From positions 1,504,001 through 1,568,000 of the forward strand of contig CAWCKH010000004.1 of NCBI GenBank assembly GCA_963796055.1: a stretch of DNA of 64,000 nucleotides. Reading direction: 5' to 3'. The DNA comes from an uncultured delta proteobacterium (GTDB lineage Bacteria > Myxococcota > Myxococcia > Myxococcales > Myxococcaceae). Positions 48,477 through 59,129 of the stretch are shown here, piece by piece. The notes beneath the pieces were generated by a model. That model saw only the letters and a list, made by a program, of their open reading frames with translations, made no database searches and had not been told where the DNA came from. Numbering within the stretch: the first letter of the stretch is position 1; the number at the start of each line of letters is the position of its first letter. A program made the position numbers and the translations under genes.

Positions 48477-50516
48477 TCAGGGAACGAGCTTCAGGTAGTT
48501 CTCGTAGCGGGTCTGGATCTCCGAGACGTACCGGACCGGCTCCGTCCCCCGCACGTACCCGTGCCGTGCGTGCGCGTAGTACGCCGGCTGCTGGAGGAGG
48601 AGCATCGCCCGCTCCACATTCTTGAACCACTTGTCGGGGTCGAGCGCCTTCGCTCGGGCGAGCTGCCGCGCGTCGGCCAGGTGCCCCCAGCCTGCGTTGT
48701 ACGCGGCGAGGGCGAACCGCATCCGCTGCTGCACCGGGAGCGTCGTCTCCAGCCGGTCCGCCAGCCGCGCCAGGTGCTTGATGCCGGCGTGCGCGCCCTC
48801 CTCCGTCTCACCCGGCCGCTGGAAGCCCAGCTCCTTCGCCGTCCGGGGCAGCACCTGGAAGAGGCCGATGGCGCCGGCCAGGCTCTTGGCCTGCGGGTCG
48901 AACCGGCTCTCCTGGTAGGCCTGCGCAGCGAGCAGCCGCCAGTCGAAACCGTACTGCTGCGCGTACTTGCGGAAGAGCGGGTCGAAGCTCGAGAGCCCCT
49001 GCAGCGTGCCGGCGTCCTGGGCCCGGACCTCGGTGGCTATGCGCCCGTCCTCGAAGTAGCGCCGCCACGACATGTTGTACTCCAGCCCCTTGTAGGTCTG
49101 ATGCACGAAGCGGTCGAGCGCGGCCTTCAGCTGGTGATCGCCAGGGCGCACCGCGAAGGCCAGCTGCTTCTTCTCCCCGGGCTCGAGCGGGAACGCCGCC
49201 ACCACGTCGGTCCGCCACACCCGCTCCGCCTGGTAGATGTGCGAGTCGGCCACCGTGAGGTCTACCTCGCCCGTGGCCACCCCGGCGATGAGCTGCTCGG
49301 TCTCCTCGTCGGACCGGGCCAGCTCGACGGTGAAGCCGGCGCCCTTCGCCCGGAGCCGCTCCAGGGTCGTCAGGTAGCTCGAGCCCGGCCGGACGCGAAT
49401 TCGCCGCCCGCGCAGGTCGGCCACCGACTTCAAGAGAGGCTCGGAGGCCCGCTGGACCAGGAGCTCCTCGATCTCGAGGTAGGGCGCGCTGAAGGCCACC
49501 TGCTTCCCGCGCTCGGGTGTCACTGTGTACGAGGCAGCGATCACGTCGCCCTTGCCCTGAAGCAGCCAGGGCACGAGGTCGGCGTGGGACGGCGGCACCA
49601 CCATCTGCAGTCGCACGTCCAGCCCTTCTGCGAAGCGCTTCATGAGGTCGTGGTCGAACCCCGCCGCCTCCCCCCGGAGGAGGAAGTAGCTGACCGCGTT
49701 GTTCCGGGTCAGCACCCGGAGCACGCGATGCTTCTTGACGTCGGTCAGGTCGTTGGACCAGGTCCGTCCGGCGTGCGCCACCAGCGCCCGTTCCTGGATG
49801 AAGAGGTCCAGCGCCGCCTTCAGCTGCTTTGCCTCCGGATGCACCGCCCAGGCGATGGAGCGCTTCCGGGCGATGGGAAAGAGCGCCACCGTGTTCGCGT
49901 TCCAGGCGCGCTCGGCATCCCAGACGTTGCTGTCCACCACCGCCAGCTCGCGCTCGCCGCGGTTGACCTCGCCGATGAGCTCCGACTGCTGCACGGCGCC
50001 CAGCACCTGCTCCAGCCGGAGCCCGGGCACCTCCAGCTTCGCCAGGCTGGCCTCGAACACCGAGCCGGTGGGGATGCTCACCGTTCGTCTCGCGAGGTCG
50101 GCCGGCGCCCGGGGCGGGTTCTTCATGCCCTTCGGTCCGATCAGCACCTCGTCGACGATGGCGATCGGGTCGGTGAAGGTCACCCGCGCCGCACGCTCGG
50201 GGGTGACGGTGAGGCCGGTGGCAGCGACGTCACCCCGCCCGGCGAGCAGCTCCTCGAGCACGTCGTACCGACGCTCGACCCAGACGATCTCCAGCTTCAG
50301 GCCCTGCCGCCGGGCGAAGTCCTCCGCCAGCTCGCGGTCCAGCGCGGAGGGCGTGCCATCGCGGGAGATGGGCGGCTCGTCCTCGTCGCCCACCACCAGG
50401 ATTCGAAGGTTCCCGCGGGCCCGGATGTCCGGGAGGTCCAGAACGGTCGCCGCCACCCCGGGCAGCGGGAGGAGCACGGCGGAGAGCAGTCCTGCGGCCC
50501 GTCGGACCCAACCCAT
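48477..50516 (-). CDS. mltF: MltF-like lytic transglycosylase with two SBP_bac_3 domains
   Basis: Two substrate-binding domains followed by an SLT domain (AYQESRF, GLFQV, AAYNAGWGH, RGTEPVRYV). Confidence 0.88.
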   Translation of the reverse strand: MGWVRRAAGLLSAVLLPLPGVAATVLDLPDIRARGNLRILVVGDEDEPPISRDGTPSALDRELAEDFARRQGLKLEIVWVERRYDVLEELLAGRGDVAATGLTVTPERAARVTFTDPIAIVDEVLIGPKGMKNPPRAPADLARRTVSIPTGSVFEASLAKLEVPGLRLEQVLGAVQQSELIGEVNRGERELAVVDSNVWDAERAWNANTVALFPIARKRSIAWAVHPEAKQLKAALDLFIQERALVAHAGRTWSNDLTDVKKHRVLRVLTRNNAVSYFLLRGEAAGFDHDLMKRFAEGLDVRLQMVVPPSHADLVPWLLQGKGDVIAASYTVTPERGKQVAFSAPYLEIEELLVQRASEPLLKSVADLRGRRIRVRPGSSYLTTLERLRAKGAGFTVELARSDEETEQLIAGVATGEVDLTVADSHIYQAERVWRTDVVAAFPLEPGEKKQLAFAVRPGDHQLKAALDRFVHQTYKGLEYNMSWRRYFEDGRIATEVRAQDAGTLQGLSSFDPLFRKYAQQYGFDWRLLAAQAYQESRFDPQAKSLAGAIGLFQVLPRTAKELGFQRPGETEEGAHAGIKHLARLADRLETTLPVQQRMRFALAAYNAGWGHLADARQLARAKALDPDKWFKNVERAMLLLQQPAYYAHARHGYVRGTEPVRYVSEIQTRYENYLKLVP

Positions 50517-50623
50517 GCGGGCCGGAGAGGCTAGCTGCCGAGGAGGCCGGTGGCGACGAGAACCGGACGCCCGGACCGTACGGCCTGGAGCGTCATCGGC
50601 GGTCCGGCGTCGTCACCCCACGG

Positions 50624-51232
50624 TCACCTGGTCTTCGGCGGCGCGCCGCCGAAGAGCAGGCCCACCCCGAACGAGAAGTACTGCTGGGCCGGAATCCCGT
50701 GCCGCTCCCAGAAGTACTGCCAGCGCCCGTCGAAGAAGAGCGCCGTGCCGCTCCTGTTCATTCCGAAGGCGATGCCGATGTGCGGCTGGACGCCCCACTG
50801 CCAGTCGGAGAGGGAGTACTCGTTCAGCCCCAGGTCGATGACCCGCTCGAAGTAGGCCGCGCCGCCGTTCACCCCCGCCCAGACGCGGCTGCCGTGCCCG
50901 AGCGGAACGTGGAAGGCGAACCCCGCCATCAGGGGGATGACGTTCAGGTAGCGGAACTGCTTGCCCGAGACGTCCTGGCCATCGGTGGTGGTGAGCACGC
51001 CCTGCTTCGCGGCGTTGAAGCTGTTCAGGCCCGCCGAGAGCTCGAGGTGGAAGGCATACGACAGCTCGAAGGAAGCATCGAAGTGGGCGCCGCGGCTGCT
51101 GAACCGGTCGATGTATTCCTTGGTCTCGCCGCGGGGTACGGCGAACTCGTACGACAGACGGACGTGGCTCTGGGCCAGCGCGGCGGAGGAGCCCAGGAGG
51201 GCGACGGCGAGAAGAAGTCGAGTGGGGCGCAT
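50624..51232 (-). CDS. Outer-membrane beta-barrel protein (OmpW/OmpA-like)
   Basis: Signal peptide from ATG 51232; amphipathic strands; YFSFGVGLLF. Confidence 0.75.
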   Translation of the reverse strand: MRPTRLLLAVALLGSSAALAQSHVRLSYEFAVPRGETKEYIDRFSSRGAHFDASFELSYAFHLELSAGLNSFNAAKQGVLTTTDGQDVSGKQFRYLNVIPLMAGFAFHVPLGHGSRVWAGVNGGAAYFERVIDLGLNEYSLSDWQWGVQPHIGIAFGMNRSGTALFFDGRWQYFWERHGIPAQQYFSFGVGLLFGGAPPKTR

Positions 51233-51240
51233 GGCAGAGC

Positions 51241-51861
51241 TCACAGGTACGGAGACTGGGCGAAGGCCTGGTCGATGCCCTTCTCGATGCGCTGCACGAG
51301 CGACTCCTTGCTGCCGCCCAGCACACCGTCCACGGACGCGGTCCAGATCGCCGTCAGCTGCCTGGTGGAAGCATTGGCCGTCCGCCGGTCCAGCATCTCG
51401 ATGCGGAGCGAGCCGGCGTCGATGACCGTCGCGTACGCCGCGTCGTAGGGGTAGTACACCCCCCAGGTCCCATCGTAGCCGGCGAACCCGCCCCAGCCCG
51501 GCCAGACGTCATAGAACGGGTAGGAGACGTACTCGACGTAGCGGGTGGCGGTGAAGGTGACCAGCACGTCCACGTCGGGAGTCGTCGTGGCCGGGTCCAC
51601 CCGCTGCAGGCCGAGGGCGTCCAGGTTCGCGGCGACGCGGTCGAGGATGCGCGTGTCGTACGCGTGGTCGATGGGCAGCGATTCGCCACCCGGTGACGAG
51701 ACCTCCTGGATCGAGTCCGGGAGCGCGTACGTGCGGAGGGTCGAGAAGCTGGCCGACGAGTCGTGCTGGGTGGTGACCGAGTCGAGGTCCTCCACCGTCT
51801 CCGCGCCCCCGGGGTAACAGGCCGCCAGCATTAGCACTGCGGCCCACGCCACCTGCCTCAT
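51241..51861 (-). CDS. DUF4136-like lipoprotein
   Basis: Lipobox LAAC; FSTLRTY, GSLRIEMLD, IDQAFAQSPYL; RBS GGAGG. Confidence 0.8.
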   Translation of the reverse strand: MRQVAWAAVLMLAACYPGGAETVEDLDSVTTQHDSSASFSTLRTYALPDSIQEVSSPGGESLPIDHAYDTRILDRVAANLDALGLQRVDPATTTPDVDVLVTFTATRYVEYVSYPFYDVWPGWGGFAGYDGTWGVYYPYDAAYATVIDAGSLRIEMLDRRTANASTRQLTAIWTASVDGVLGGSKESLVQRIEKGIDQAFAQSPYL

Positions 51862-52064
51862 GGCCCCGTCCTCCCTCTTCCCCCTCGTTCCACAGCCCCA
51901 GATCTGCACACTTGCGGCCGCACAGTCCACCGGACAGCCATGGACCCGATGGCCTACGGACGCACCGTCGAATGGTCTGGACGGGCCGACCAGGGCGGGA
52001 ATTCATTCCGGCCTCCGGCGACTTGCCGGCCCGGGCCGATGCCTGGCATGAGGGCCGCTCTCCA

Positions 52065-52958
52065 ATGGGTCTCCTCCGTGCCGTCGTCCTCGGGCTCGTC
52101 CAGGGCATCACCGAGTTCCTGCCCATCAGCTCGACGGCCCACCTCCGCATCGCGCCCGAGCTGTTTGGCTGGCAGGACCCCGGCGCGGCGTTCGACGCCA
52201 TCATCCAGCTGGGCACGGTGGCGGCGGTCCTGGTCTTCTTCCGCCGGGACATCGTCCAGATGTTCCGGGCCTGGGTGGACGGACTCCAGCGGCGCGACCC
52301 GCTAGGGACCACCGAGTCGCGTCTGGCGTGGTTCGTCCTCGTCGGAACCGTTCCGGTGGTGGTACTCGGGTTCGGCTTCAAGCACGCCATCGAGACCAGC
52401 CTTCGCTCGCTGTACGTCGTCGCTTCGTCGATGATCGCCCTGGCCCTGCTGCTCGCCGCGGCGGAGTGGACCGCCCGTCACTCCCGCCGCCTGCAGGACA
52501 TGAACTGGACCGACGGCTGGGTCATCGGCCTGTGGCAGGCGCTGGCGCTCGTCCCCGGATCGAGCCGCTCCGGCACCACCCTGACCGGAGGCCTGTGGCG
52601 AGGGCTCCGCCGCGAGGATGCCGCGCGGTACTCGTTCCTGCTCTCCATCCCGGCGACCACCGCCGCCGGGCTCTTCGAGCTCCGACACCTGCGCCACGCC
52701 TCCACGCCCTTCACCGGGACCGAGCTGGTGGTGGCGGCGGGGGTCGCCTTCGTCTCGGGAATGCTGGCGATCGGCGGCCTGCTCCGGTACCTCCGGACCC
52801 GCACCACCCTGGTGTTCGTCGTGTACCGGCTCGCCCTCGGGGTGCTGCTGCTCGCGTTGCTGCACGCCGGGCGGCTGCGTCCCGACGCGGGGCTGGAGGA
52901 GGGAGGACCGCGGCCGCTGGTGCCGGCCGCGGCGGCAGCGGAGCGAGTGCGTCCCTGA
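52065..52958 (+). CDS. uppP: Undecaprenyl-diphosphate phosphatase
   Basis: GLVQGITEFLPISSTAH, PGSSRSG, ARYSFLLSIP. Confidence 0.95.
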   Translation: MGLLRAVVLGLVQGITEFLPISSTAHLRIAPELFGWQDPGAAFDAIIQLGTVAAVLVFFRRDIVQMFRAWVDGLQRRDPLGTTESRLAWFVLVGTVPVVVLGFGFKHAIETSLRSLYVVASSMIALALLLAAAEWTARHSRRLQDMNWTDGWVIGLWQALALVPGSSRSGTTLTGGLWRGLRREDAARYSFLLSIPATTAAGLFELRHLRHASTPFTGTELVVAAGVAFVSGMLAIGGLLRYLRTRTTLVFVVYRLALGVLLLALLHAGRLRPDAGLEEGGPRPLVPAAAAAERVRP

Positions 52959-53557
52959 TGGATCCGCGGTTCTTCCAGCTCACCCGGGCGCTCCAGCAGC
53001 ATCCCGGTCGGCAGCTGAACCTCCCCGGACTGGAGCTGCGCGACTCGGCGGTGCTGGCGCCGTTCATCGTCCGGGAGGGGGAGCCGAGGCTGCTCTTCAC
53101 CCTCCGCCCGGCGCACCTTCGCCGCCACGCCGGGCAGGTCTCCTTCCCCGGCGGGGCGCGAGACCCCGAGGATCCGACGACCTTGCACACCGCCCTGCGC
53201 GAGCTGCGCGAGGAGCTGGGCGTTCCGGAGCAGACGGTCGAGGTGCTGGGGATGCTCGACGAGATCCCCACCACCTCCGAGTTCCGGGTCGTTCCCTACG
53301 TGGGTCTTCTGGACCCCTCGGTCGAGCTGCGTCCCGACGCGGGGGAGATCGCCGAGCTCCTCGAGATCCCGGTGTCGGATCTCCTTGTGCCCGGGCTGCG
53401 CAGGACCGAGAAACGCTTCTACCGGGGAGCCGAGCGCGACGTGTACTTCTACGACGTGGGCCGTCACACCATCTGGGGCGCCACCGCGCGCATCCTCTCC
53501 AACCTCCTGGCGGTGATCTCCGGGCTGCCGGCGTGGGCGGCGGCGAGGCCCACATGA
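52958..53557 (+). CDS. CoA pyrophosphatase (Nudix, NudL-like)
   Basis: HAGQVSFPGG, ALRELREELG, IWGATA; TGATG coupling. Confidence 0.92.
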   Translation: MDPRFFQLTRALQQHPGRQLNLPGLELRDSAVLAPFIVREGEPRLLFTLRPAHLRRHAGQVSFPGGARDPEDPTTLHTALRELREELGVPEQTVEVLGMLDEIPTTSEFRVVPYVGLLDPSVELRPDAGEIAELLEIPVSDLLVPGLRRTEKRFYRGAERDVYFYDVGRHTIWGATARILSNLLAVISGLPAWAAARPT

Positions 53558-54618
53558 CGCTCTACCCGGTGGTGATGGCCGGAGGGTCGGGGACGCGCTT
53601 CTGGCCCCTGTCGCGCAAGGCCCGCCCCAAGCAGTTCCTCGCCCTGGCCACCGATCGGCCGCTGATCGTGGAGACCGTCAAGCGCCTCGAGGGTCTCGCC
53701 ACCCCGGCGCGCACCTACGTCGTCTGTGGGCCGGTGCATGCCCGGGCGGTGCGGCGGCTGCTCTCGCGCATCCCCGCGGCCAACGTCCTGGTGGAGCCGG
53801 TCGCCCGGAACACCGCTCCGGCGATCGGGCTGGCCATCTTGCACGTGCAGGCCCGGGACCCGGACGGGGTGCTCGCGGTGCTTCCCTCGGACCACCACGT
53901 CGCCGACGTCCCCGGATTCCAGGCGGTGCTCCGCCGTGCCGCCGAGGTGGCGCAGACGGGCGCGCTGGTGACCATCGGCATCAAGCCCACGCGGCCCGAG
54001 ACCGGCTACGGCTACGTGCAGGTGGGTGAGCCCATCGACGGGCATGCCGCCCGGGTGCGGGCCTTCGTGGAGAAGCCGGACGCTCCCACCGCTGCGAGGT
54101 ACCTGGCCTCGGGCGAGTACCTGTGGAACGGGGGCATCTTCGTCTTCACCGCCCGCGCCATGCGCGAGGCCATCGACCGGCACCTGCCGGAGCTGGCCAC
54201 GGTGCTGGACCGGCTCGCGCCCACGGTGGGCACTCCCCGTCACGCCGCGGCCCTGAAGAGACACTTTCCCAGGGCGCCCTCGGTGTCCATCGACTACGGG
54301 GTGATGGAGAAGGCCCGGGACATCGCCGTGGTGCCCGGCGATTTCGGCTGGTCCGACGTGGGGAGCTTCGCCGCGCTGCCCGAGGTCCGGCCGTCGGACG
54401 CCGACGGGAACGTGGTGGTAGGGAAGGGCGTGGTGCTGGTGGACTCGGCGGGCTGCGTGGTGGTGGGGTCGGGCCGGCCACTGGGCGTGGTGGGGCTGCG
54501 AGACATGGTGGTGGTGGACTCCGGGGACGCGGTACTGGTGGTGCCGCGGGACCGGAGCCAGGACGTCAGGGCGGTGGTGGAGGCGCTGAAGGCCAGGGGC
54601 CTGAGCAGGTTCGAGTGA
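53554..54618 (+). CDS. manC: Mannose-1-phosphate guanylyltransferase
   Basis: MAGGSGTRFWPLSR..PKQF, EPVARNTAPA, FVEKP, SIDYGVME, WSDVGS. Confidence 0.94.
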   Translation: MTLYPVVMAGGSGTRFWPLSRKARPKQFLALATDRPLIVETVKRLEGLATPARTYVVCGPVHARAVRRLLSRIPAANVLVEPVARNTAPAIGLAILHVQARDPDGVLAVLPSDHHVADVPGFQAVLRRAAEVAQTGALVTIGIKPTRPETGYGYVQVGEPIDGHAARVRAFVEKPDAPTAARYLASGEYLWNGGIFVFTARAMREAIDRHLPELATVLDRLAPTVGTPRHAAALKRHFPRAPSVSIDYGVMEKARDIAVVPGDFGWSDVGSFAALPEVRPSDADGNVVVGKGVVLVDSAGCVVVGSGRPLGVVGLRDMVVVDSGDAVLVVPRDRSQDVRAVVEALKARGLSRFE

Positions 54619-54628
54619 GGCGAGAGGG

Positions 54629-55996
54629 ATGAACGCGCACATTTTTCGCGAATACGACATCCGCGGTCTGGTGGATCAGGACCTGACCGAGGAGGTGGTG
54701 GAGCTGCTGGGCAAGGGCCTGGGCACGGTCGTCCGGCGCAAGGGCGGCAAGAGCATCGTGGTGGGCCGCGATTGCCGCGAGTCCAGCACCCGCTTCCGCG
54801 AGCGGCTGGTGGCCGGGATCACCTCCACCGGTCTCGACGTGCTCGACGTGGGTGTGGTGCCGACGCCGCTGACCTACTTCGCCGCCAACACCCTGCCGGT
54901 GGACGGGTTGGCGATGATCACCGGAAGCCACAATCCGCCCGAGTACAACGGCTTCAAGGTCGGCCACGGGAAGACCACGCTCCACGGGCACGAGATCCAG
55001 GCGCTCCGCCAGCTGATCGAGGCCCGTGACTTCGAGGTGGGCCGCCCCGGACGCGCCACCAGCTTCGACATCGTCACCCCGTACGGGCACTTCATCCGGC
55101 AGACCATCCGCGTGGGCCGGAAGGGGATGCGCATCGTCATCGACGCCGGCAACGGCACCGGCGGCGAGGTGGCGGTCCCGCTGTTTCGGAGCATGGGCTT
55201 CGACGTGGTGCCCCTGTTCTGCGAGATGGACGCTCGCTTCCCCAACCACCACCCCGACCCCACGGTGCTGGACAACCTCCGGGACCTCATCGCCGCGGTG
55301 AAGAAAGAGAAGGCCGAGGTTGGCATCGCCTACGACGGCGACGCCGACCGCATCGGCGTCATCGACGACCAGGGGAAGGTGCTCTGGGGCGACCAGCTGA
55401 TGATCCTCTTCTCCCGCTCGGTGCTGGCCGAGGCGCCGGGCGCGGCCATCATCGGCGAGGTGAAGTGCTCGTCCACGCTCTACGACGACATCGCCGCCCG
55501 CGGTGGGACTCCGGTGATGTGGAAGGCGGGGCACAGCCTGATCAAGGCCAAGATGAAAGAGACCCACGCCCAGCTCGCCGGGGAGATGAGCGGGCACATC
55601 TTCTTCAAGCACCGCTACTTCGGCTTCGACGACGCGGTGTACAGCTCGGCGCGCTTGCTGGAGATCCTCACCCACGAGAAGCGCCCGCTCTCGGTGCTGC
55701 TGGCCGACGTTCCGCGCACCTTCGCCAGCCCGGAGATCCGCTTCGACGTCCCGGAGGAGAAGAAGTTCGCCATGGTGCGGCGAGCCACCGAGGTGCTGCG
55801 CGCCGCCGGCCACTCCATCATCGACGTGGACGGGGTGCGGGTGACCTTCGCCGACGGCTGGGGCCTCATCCGGGCGAGCAATACCCAGCCACTGCTGGTC
55901 CTCCGGTTCGAGGCGAAGACCGAAAGCCGTCTCCGGGAAATCCAGTCGCTCATCGAGAACACTGTGCGTCAGGTCCAGCGCGAGGTCGGCGCGTGA
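54629..55996 (+). CDS. Phosphomannomutase/phosphoglucomutase (AlgC-like)
   Basis: FREYDIRG, TGSHNP, DGDADR, GEMSGH, RASNT. Confidence 0.95.
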   Translation: MNAHIFREYDIRGLVDQDLTEEVVELLGKGLGTVVRRKGGKSIVVGRDCRESSTRFRERLVAGITSTGLDVLDVGVVPTPLTYFAANTLPVDGLAMITGSHNPPEYNGFKVGHGKTTLHGHEIQALRQLIEARDFEVGRPGRATSFDIVTPYGHFIRQTIRVGRKGMRIVIDAGNGTGGEVAVPLFRSMGFDVVPLFCEMDARFPNHHPDPTVLDNLRDLIAAVKKEKAEVGIAYDGDADRIGVIDDQGKVLWGDQLMILFSRSVLAEAPGAAIIGEVKCSSTLYDDIAARGGTPVMWKAGHSLIKAKMKETHAQLAGEMSGHIFFKHRYFGFDDAVYSSARLLEILTHEKRPLSVLLADVPRTFASPEIRFDVPEEKKFAMVRRATEVLRAAGHSIIDVDGVRVTFADGWGLIRASNTQPLLVLRFEAKTESRLREIQSLIENTVRQVQREVGA

Positions 55997-56046
55997 ACCT
56001 TCGACGGAAACCGGGCGGGCCCCTCGCCCTGCGCTAGACTCTGCGG

Positions 56047-56541
56047 ATGGCAGACGCCTCGCCGGCCCTGGTGGGCATCATCATGGGGAGCTCGTCGGAC
56101 TGGTCCACCCTGGCTCCGGCCGCCGAGGTGCTGACCGAGCTGGGCATCCCCTTCGAGGCCCGGGTGGTCAGCGCGCACCGCACCCCGGACTGGATGTTCG
56201 AGTACGCCTCGACTGCCGAGGCCCGCGGGCTCCGGGTGATCATTGCCGGCGCCGGCGGGGCTGCCCACCTTCCCGGGATGGTGGCGGCGAAGACGCTGGT
56301 GCCGGTGCTGGGCGTTCCGGTGCCGGCCACGCTGTTGCAGGGCGTGGACTCGCTGCTCTCCATCGTCCAGATGCCCAAGGGCGTGCCGGTGGGAACGCTG
56401 GCCATCGGCAAGCCCGGAGCGGCCAACGCGGCGCTGCTCGCGGCGGAGATCGTCGGCCTGGGCCAGCCCGAGGTGCGCGAGCGACTGCGGGCCTGGCGTG
56501 CGGCGCGCACCCGCGAGGCGCTGGAGAGCAACGTTCCGTGA
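56047..56541 (+). CDS. purE: N5-CAIR mutase
   Basis: [32 protein letters not shown]. Confidence 0.97.
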   Translation: MADASPALVGIIMGSSSDWSTLAPAAEVLTELGIPFEARVVSAHRTPDWMFEYASTAEARGLRVIIAGAGGAAHLPGMVAAKTLVPVLGVPVPATLLQGVDSLLSIVQMPKGVPVGTLAIGKPGAANAALLAAEIVGLGQPEVRERLRAWRAARTREALESNVP

Positions 56542-57683
56542 GCGTCATCCTCCCCGGAGCGACCATCGGCATCCTCGGCGGGGGACAGCTCGGCCGGATG
56601 ACGGCCATGGCCGCCCGCACGCTGGGGTACCACCTGGCGGCGCTGGATCCCGATCCGTCGTGCGCCGCGCGCTTTTTGGTGGAGACCTGCGTCACCGCGG
56701 CGTTCGACGACGTGCAGGCGGCGAGGCAGCTGGCCCAGCGGTGCAACGTGGCCACGGTGGAGATCGAGAAGATCTCCATCGAGGTGATGCGGGCGGTCCA
56801 GGAGGTCATCCCCATGCGCCCCGGTCCGGAGGTGCTGTACGTGGTCCAGGACCGCGCGCGGCAGAAGGACTGGCTGGCCGAGCGCGGTTTCCCGGTGGGG
56901 CCGTACCGCAAGGCGGCCACCGAGGACGAGCTTCGCCAGGCGGCGGGGGCCCTCGGCGGACGCTGTTACGTGAAGGTGACCCACGGCGGGTACGACGGCC
57001 GGGGCCAGGACATCCTCACCGGTCCGGAGGACGCCGGCCGCGTCTGGCAGGTCCTGGGCGGGGTGCCGGTGGTGGTGGAGAGGGGGCTCGAGCTGGAGTC
57101 CGAGCTGAGCGTGCTGGTGGCCCGCCGCCCCTCGGGCGAGGCCCGCTCCTACGCCCCGGCGCTCAACAACCACATCAAGGGAATCCTCGAGTGGAGCGTG
57201 CTCCCGGGCCCGCTGCCGCACGCTGTGGCCAACCAGGCCGAGTCGATCGCCCGCGACATCGCCGCCGCCCTGGGTGTCGAGGGGCTGCTGGTGGCCGAGT
57301 TCTTCCTCACCCGGGCGGGCGAGCTGTACGTCAACGAGCTCGCGCCGCGGCCGCATAACACCTTCCACGCCACCGAGGTGGGCTGCGCCACCAGTCAGTT
57401 CGAGCAGCACACGCGCTCGGTCTGCGACCTGCCGCTCGGGTCGACCGAGCTCATCAGGCCGGCGGCGATCGTGAACATCCTCGGGGACCTCTGGGCAGGG
57501 GACGTGCCTCCGCCGTTCGACCGGGCCCTGGAGATTTCCGGGGTCCGGGTCCATCTCTACGGCAAGCGGGTGGCACGGCCGGGCCGGAAGATGGGCCACC
57601 TCTCGGCCATCGGGGCGACCCCCGAGGAGGCGCTTCACAAGGTCCAGGAGGCCCGGGCCCGGCTGTACCGGTCCCCGACGTGA
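56538..57683 (+). CDS. purK: N5-CAIR synthase
   Basis: [41 protein letters not shown]. Confidence 0.96.
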   Translation: MSVILPGATIGILGGGQLGRMTAMAARTLGYHLAALDPDPSCAARFLVETCVTAAFDDVQAARQLAQRCNVATVEIEKISIEVMRAVQEVIPMRPGPEVLYVVQDRARQKDWLAERGFPVGPYRKAATEDELRQAAGALGGRCYVKVTHGGYDGRGQDILTGPEDAGRVWQVLGGVPVVVERGLELESELSVLVARRPSGEARSYAPALNNHIKGILEWSVLPGPLPHAVANQAESIARDIAAALGVEGLLVAEFFLTRAGELYVNELAPRPHNTFHATEVGCATSQFEQHTRSVCDLPLGSTELIRPAAIVNILGDLWAGDVPPPFDRALEISGVRVHLYGKRVARPGRKMGHLSAIGATPEEALHKVQEARARLYRSPT

Positions 57684-57692
57684 GCGCCGGCG

Positions 57693-57932
57693 CTATCCGG
57701 CGAGAAGGTCCCGGACGAAGGCCATCGCCCGCTCGCGGCAGAGCAGAGGGTCGGCGAGGCTCTGGGCGGTCCGGAGGAGCCAGGGGTCCGAGGGCGCGCT
57801 CGCCTCGAGCTGCTCGGCCCAGGAGATGAGCGACTCGAGCGAGACGACCCCGTCGCGGTAGCCGGTCAGCATCCGGCGCGCAGTGTCACGTGCAGTGGCT
57901 CCCGCAGGAGCGCTCACGGGTTCCACGGGCAT
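57693..57932 (-). CDS. Hypothetical small helical protein (79 aa), in frame with the upstream AraC ORF
   Basis: ATG 57932; GC3-rich codons and helical pattern, unlike the preceding linker. Confidence 0.5.
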   Translation of the reverse strand: MPVEPVSAPAGATARDTARRMLTGYRDGVVSLESLISWAEQLEASAPSDPWLLRTAQSLADPLLCRERAMAFVRDLLAG

Positions 57933-59015
57933 GGTCGGGTAAGGATGTACGGCACGACCGAGGTCTCCGTCGAGGAACGCTGCGTACGGGCTCGATGACC
58001 GAGGCGCGGGTCCGGCCACTCCTCGAGCGAGTGAGGCTCCATCGGACTCGCCGTCGACGCTCATCGCGGGCCCGTCGGGGGCTCCGCACCGAATCGCGCG
58101 TGGAAAGGGACGGCCGGTGACGCGCCGGTGGTACTCCGCGGGAGTGCAGCCCACCTCCCGCCGGAAGGCCCGGCAGAAGGCGGAGACGTTCGCGTAGCCG
58201 AGGTCGCGAGCGATGTCCGCGAGCTTTGGCGACTCGCCCTCCAGCATCGGGAACGCGCGCTGGATGCGAAGCTGCCGAAGCAACCGCCCGGGCGTCTCGC
58301 CCGCGAATGCCGTCGCATGTGCCCAGATCCTTCTCGGAGAGCGATGAACCACGGAGGCGAGCATCTCGACGGAGCGAGGAGCAGAAATGCACTCAGCGTC
58401 TCCCAGCCCGGTGCGCAGGACTGGATCGGTGAGCATCCCCAGCCAGCCGGGCGCGCTCCAGAACCCATCGGTGAGCTCGGCTCGAAGCCCCTGGATGACG
58501 AAGAGCTCCATCAGGCGCTGCACGATCGCAGTCACTCCCTGACGGGGATGGGAGAGCTCGTCGAGCAAGCTCTCGACCACGGGGTCGCGAAAACCGGGAA
58601 GCGAGAGACGCTGCGGCCTGATCAAGACCACCGGTGGAAGAGGATGCGAGGCGCCCGGGCGACGAGCGGGATCGAGCTGCGCGGAAACGAGCAGCACACC
58701 GCCATCTCGAGGTGGGAAGACGACCCGCTCGAGCGAGATCCCCCCACTCCAGTTGAACCCACCGAGCGGAGACAGCCGTGGCCCGTGTGCGTGGAGTTCG
58801 CAGCCGACGGTGCCGGAGATGAGGAGCGCCGAGCCCTTGCCGAGGGGCAGGTCATGCTTCGCGGTCGCCGGCCATGCACGGCACCGGCCGTGGCGCACGA
58901 AGTGAACCGCCGGTCGGTCGCCGAGCGACAGCGACCAGCTACCCTCCAGGGTGTGGGTTCTCGGCTCCTGGACCCGAAGCCCGAGGGCGGAGACCAGAAC
59001 GCTCAGCAGATCCAG
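57693..59015 (-). CDS. Cupin-AraC family regulator, degenerate, reads through into the small downstream ORF
   Basis: DLLSVLV...VHFVRHGRC cupin; IARDLGYANVSAFCRAFRREVGCTP HTH; only a CTG at the expected start (59015) after GGAGG; no stop after the HTH. Confidence 0.65.
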   Translation of the reverse strand: MDLLSVLVSALGLRVQEPRTHTLEGSWSLSLGDRPAVHFVRHGRCRAWPATAKHDLPLGKGSALLISGTVGCELHAHGPRLSPLGGFNWSGGISLERVVFPPRDGGVLLVSAQLDPARRPGASHPLPPVVLIRPQRLSLPGFRDPVVESLLDELSHPRQGVTAIVQRLMELFVIQGLRAELTDGFWSAPGWLGMLTDPVLRTGLGDAECISAPRSVEMLASVVHRSPRRIWAHATAFAGETPGRLLRQLRIQRAFPMLEGESPKLADIARDLGYANVSAFCRAFRREVGCTPAEYHRRVTGRPFPRAIRCGAPDGPAMSVDGESDGASLARGVAGPAPRSSSPYAAFLDGDLGRAVHPYPTMPVEPVSAPAGATARDTARRMLTGYRDGVVSLESLISWAEQLEASAPSDPWLLRTAQSLADPLLCRERAMAFVRDLLAG

Positions 59016-59129
59016 GCTTGCCTCCCTCGATCGAGGCTGCTGCAAGAAGCGGACACGGAATTTCCGCCCGACGGCGTCCTCGTGAGTCCCGTCGCCTGGA
59101 CGCCGGCCCCGGCGCACCGGACGGTCCTG

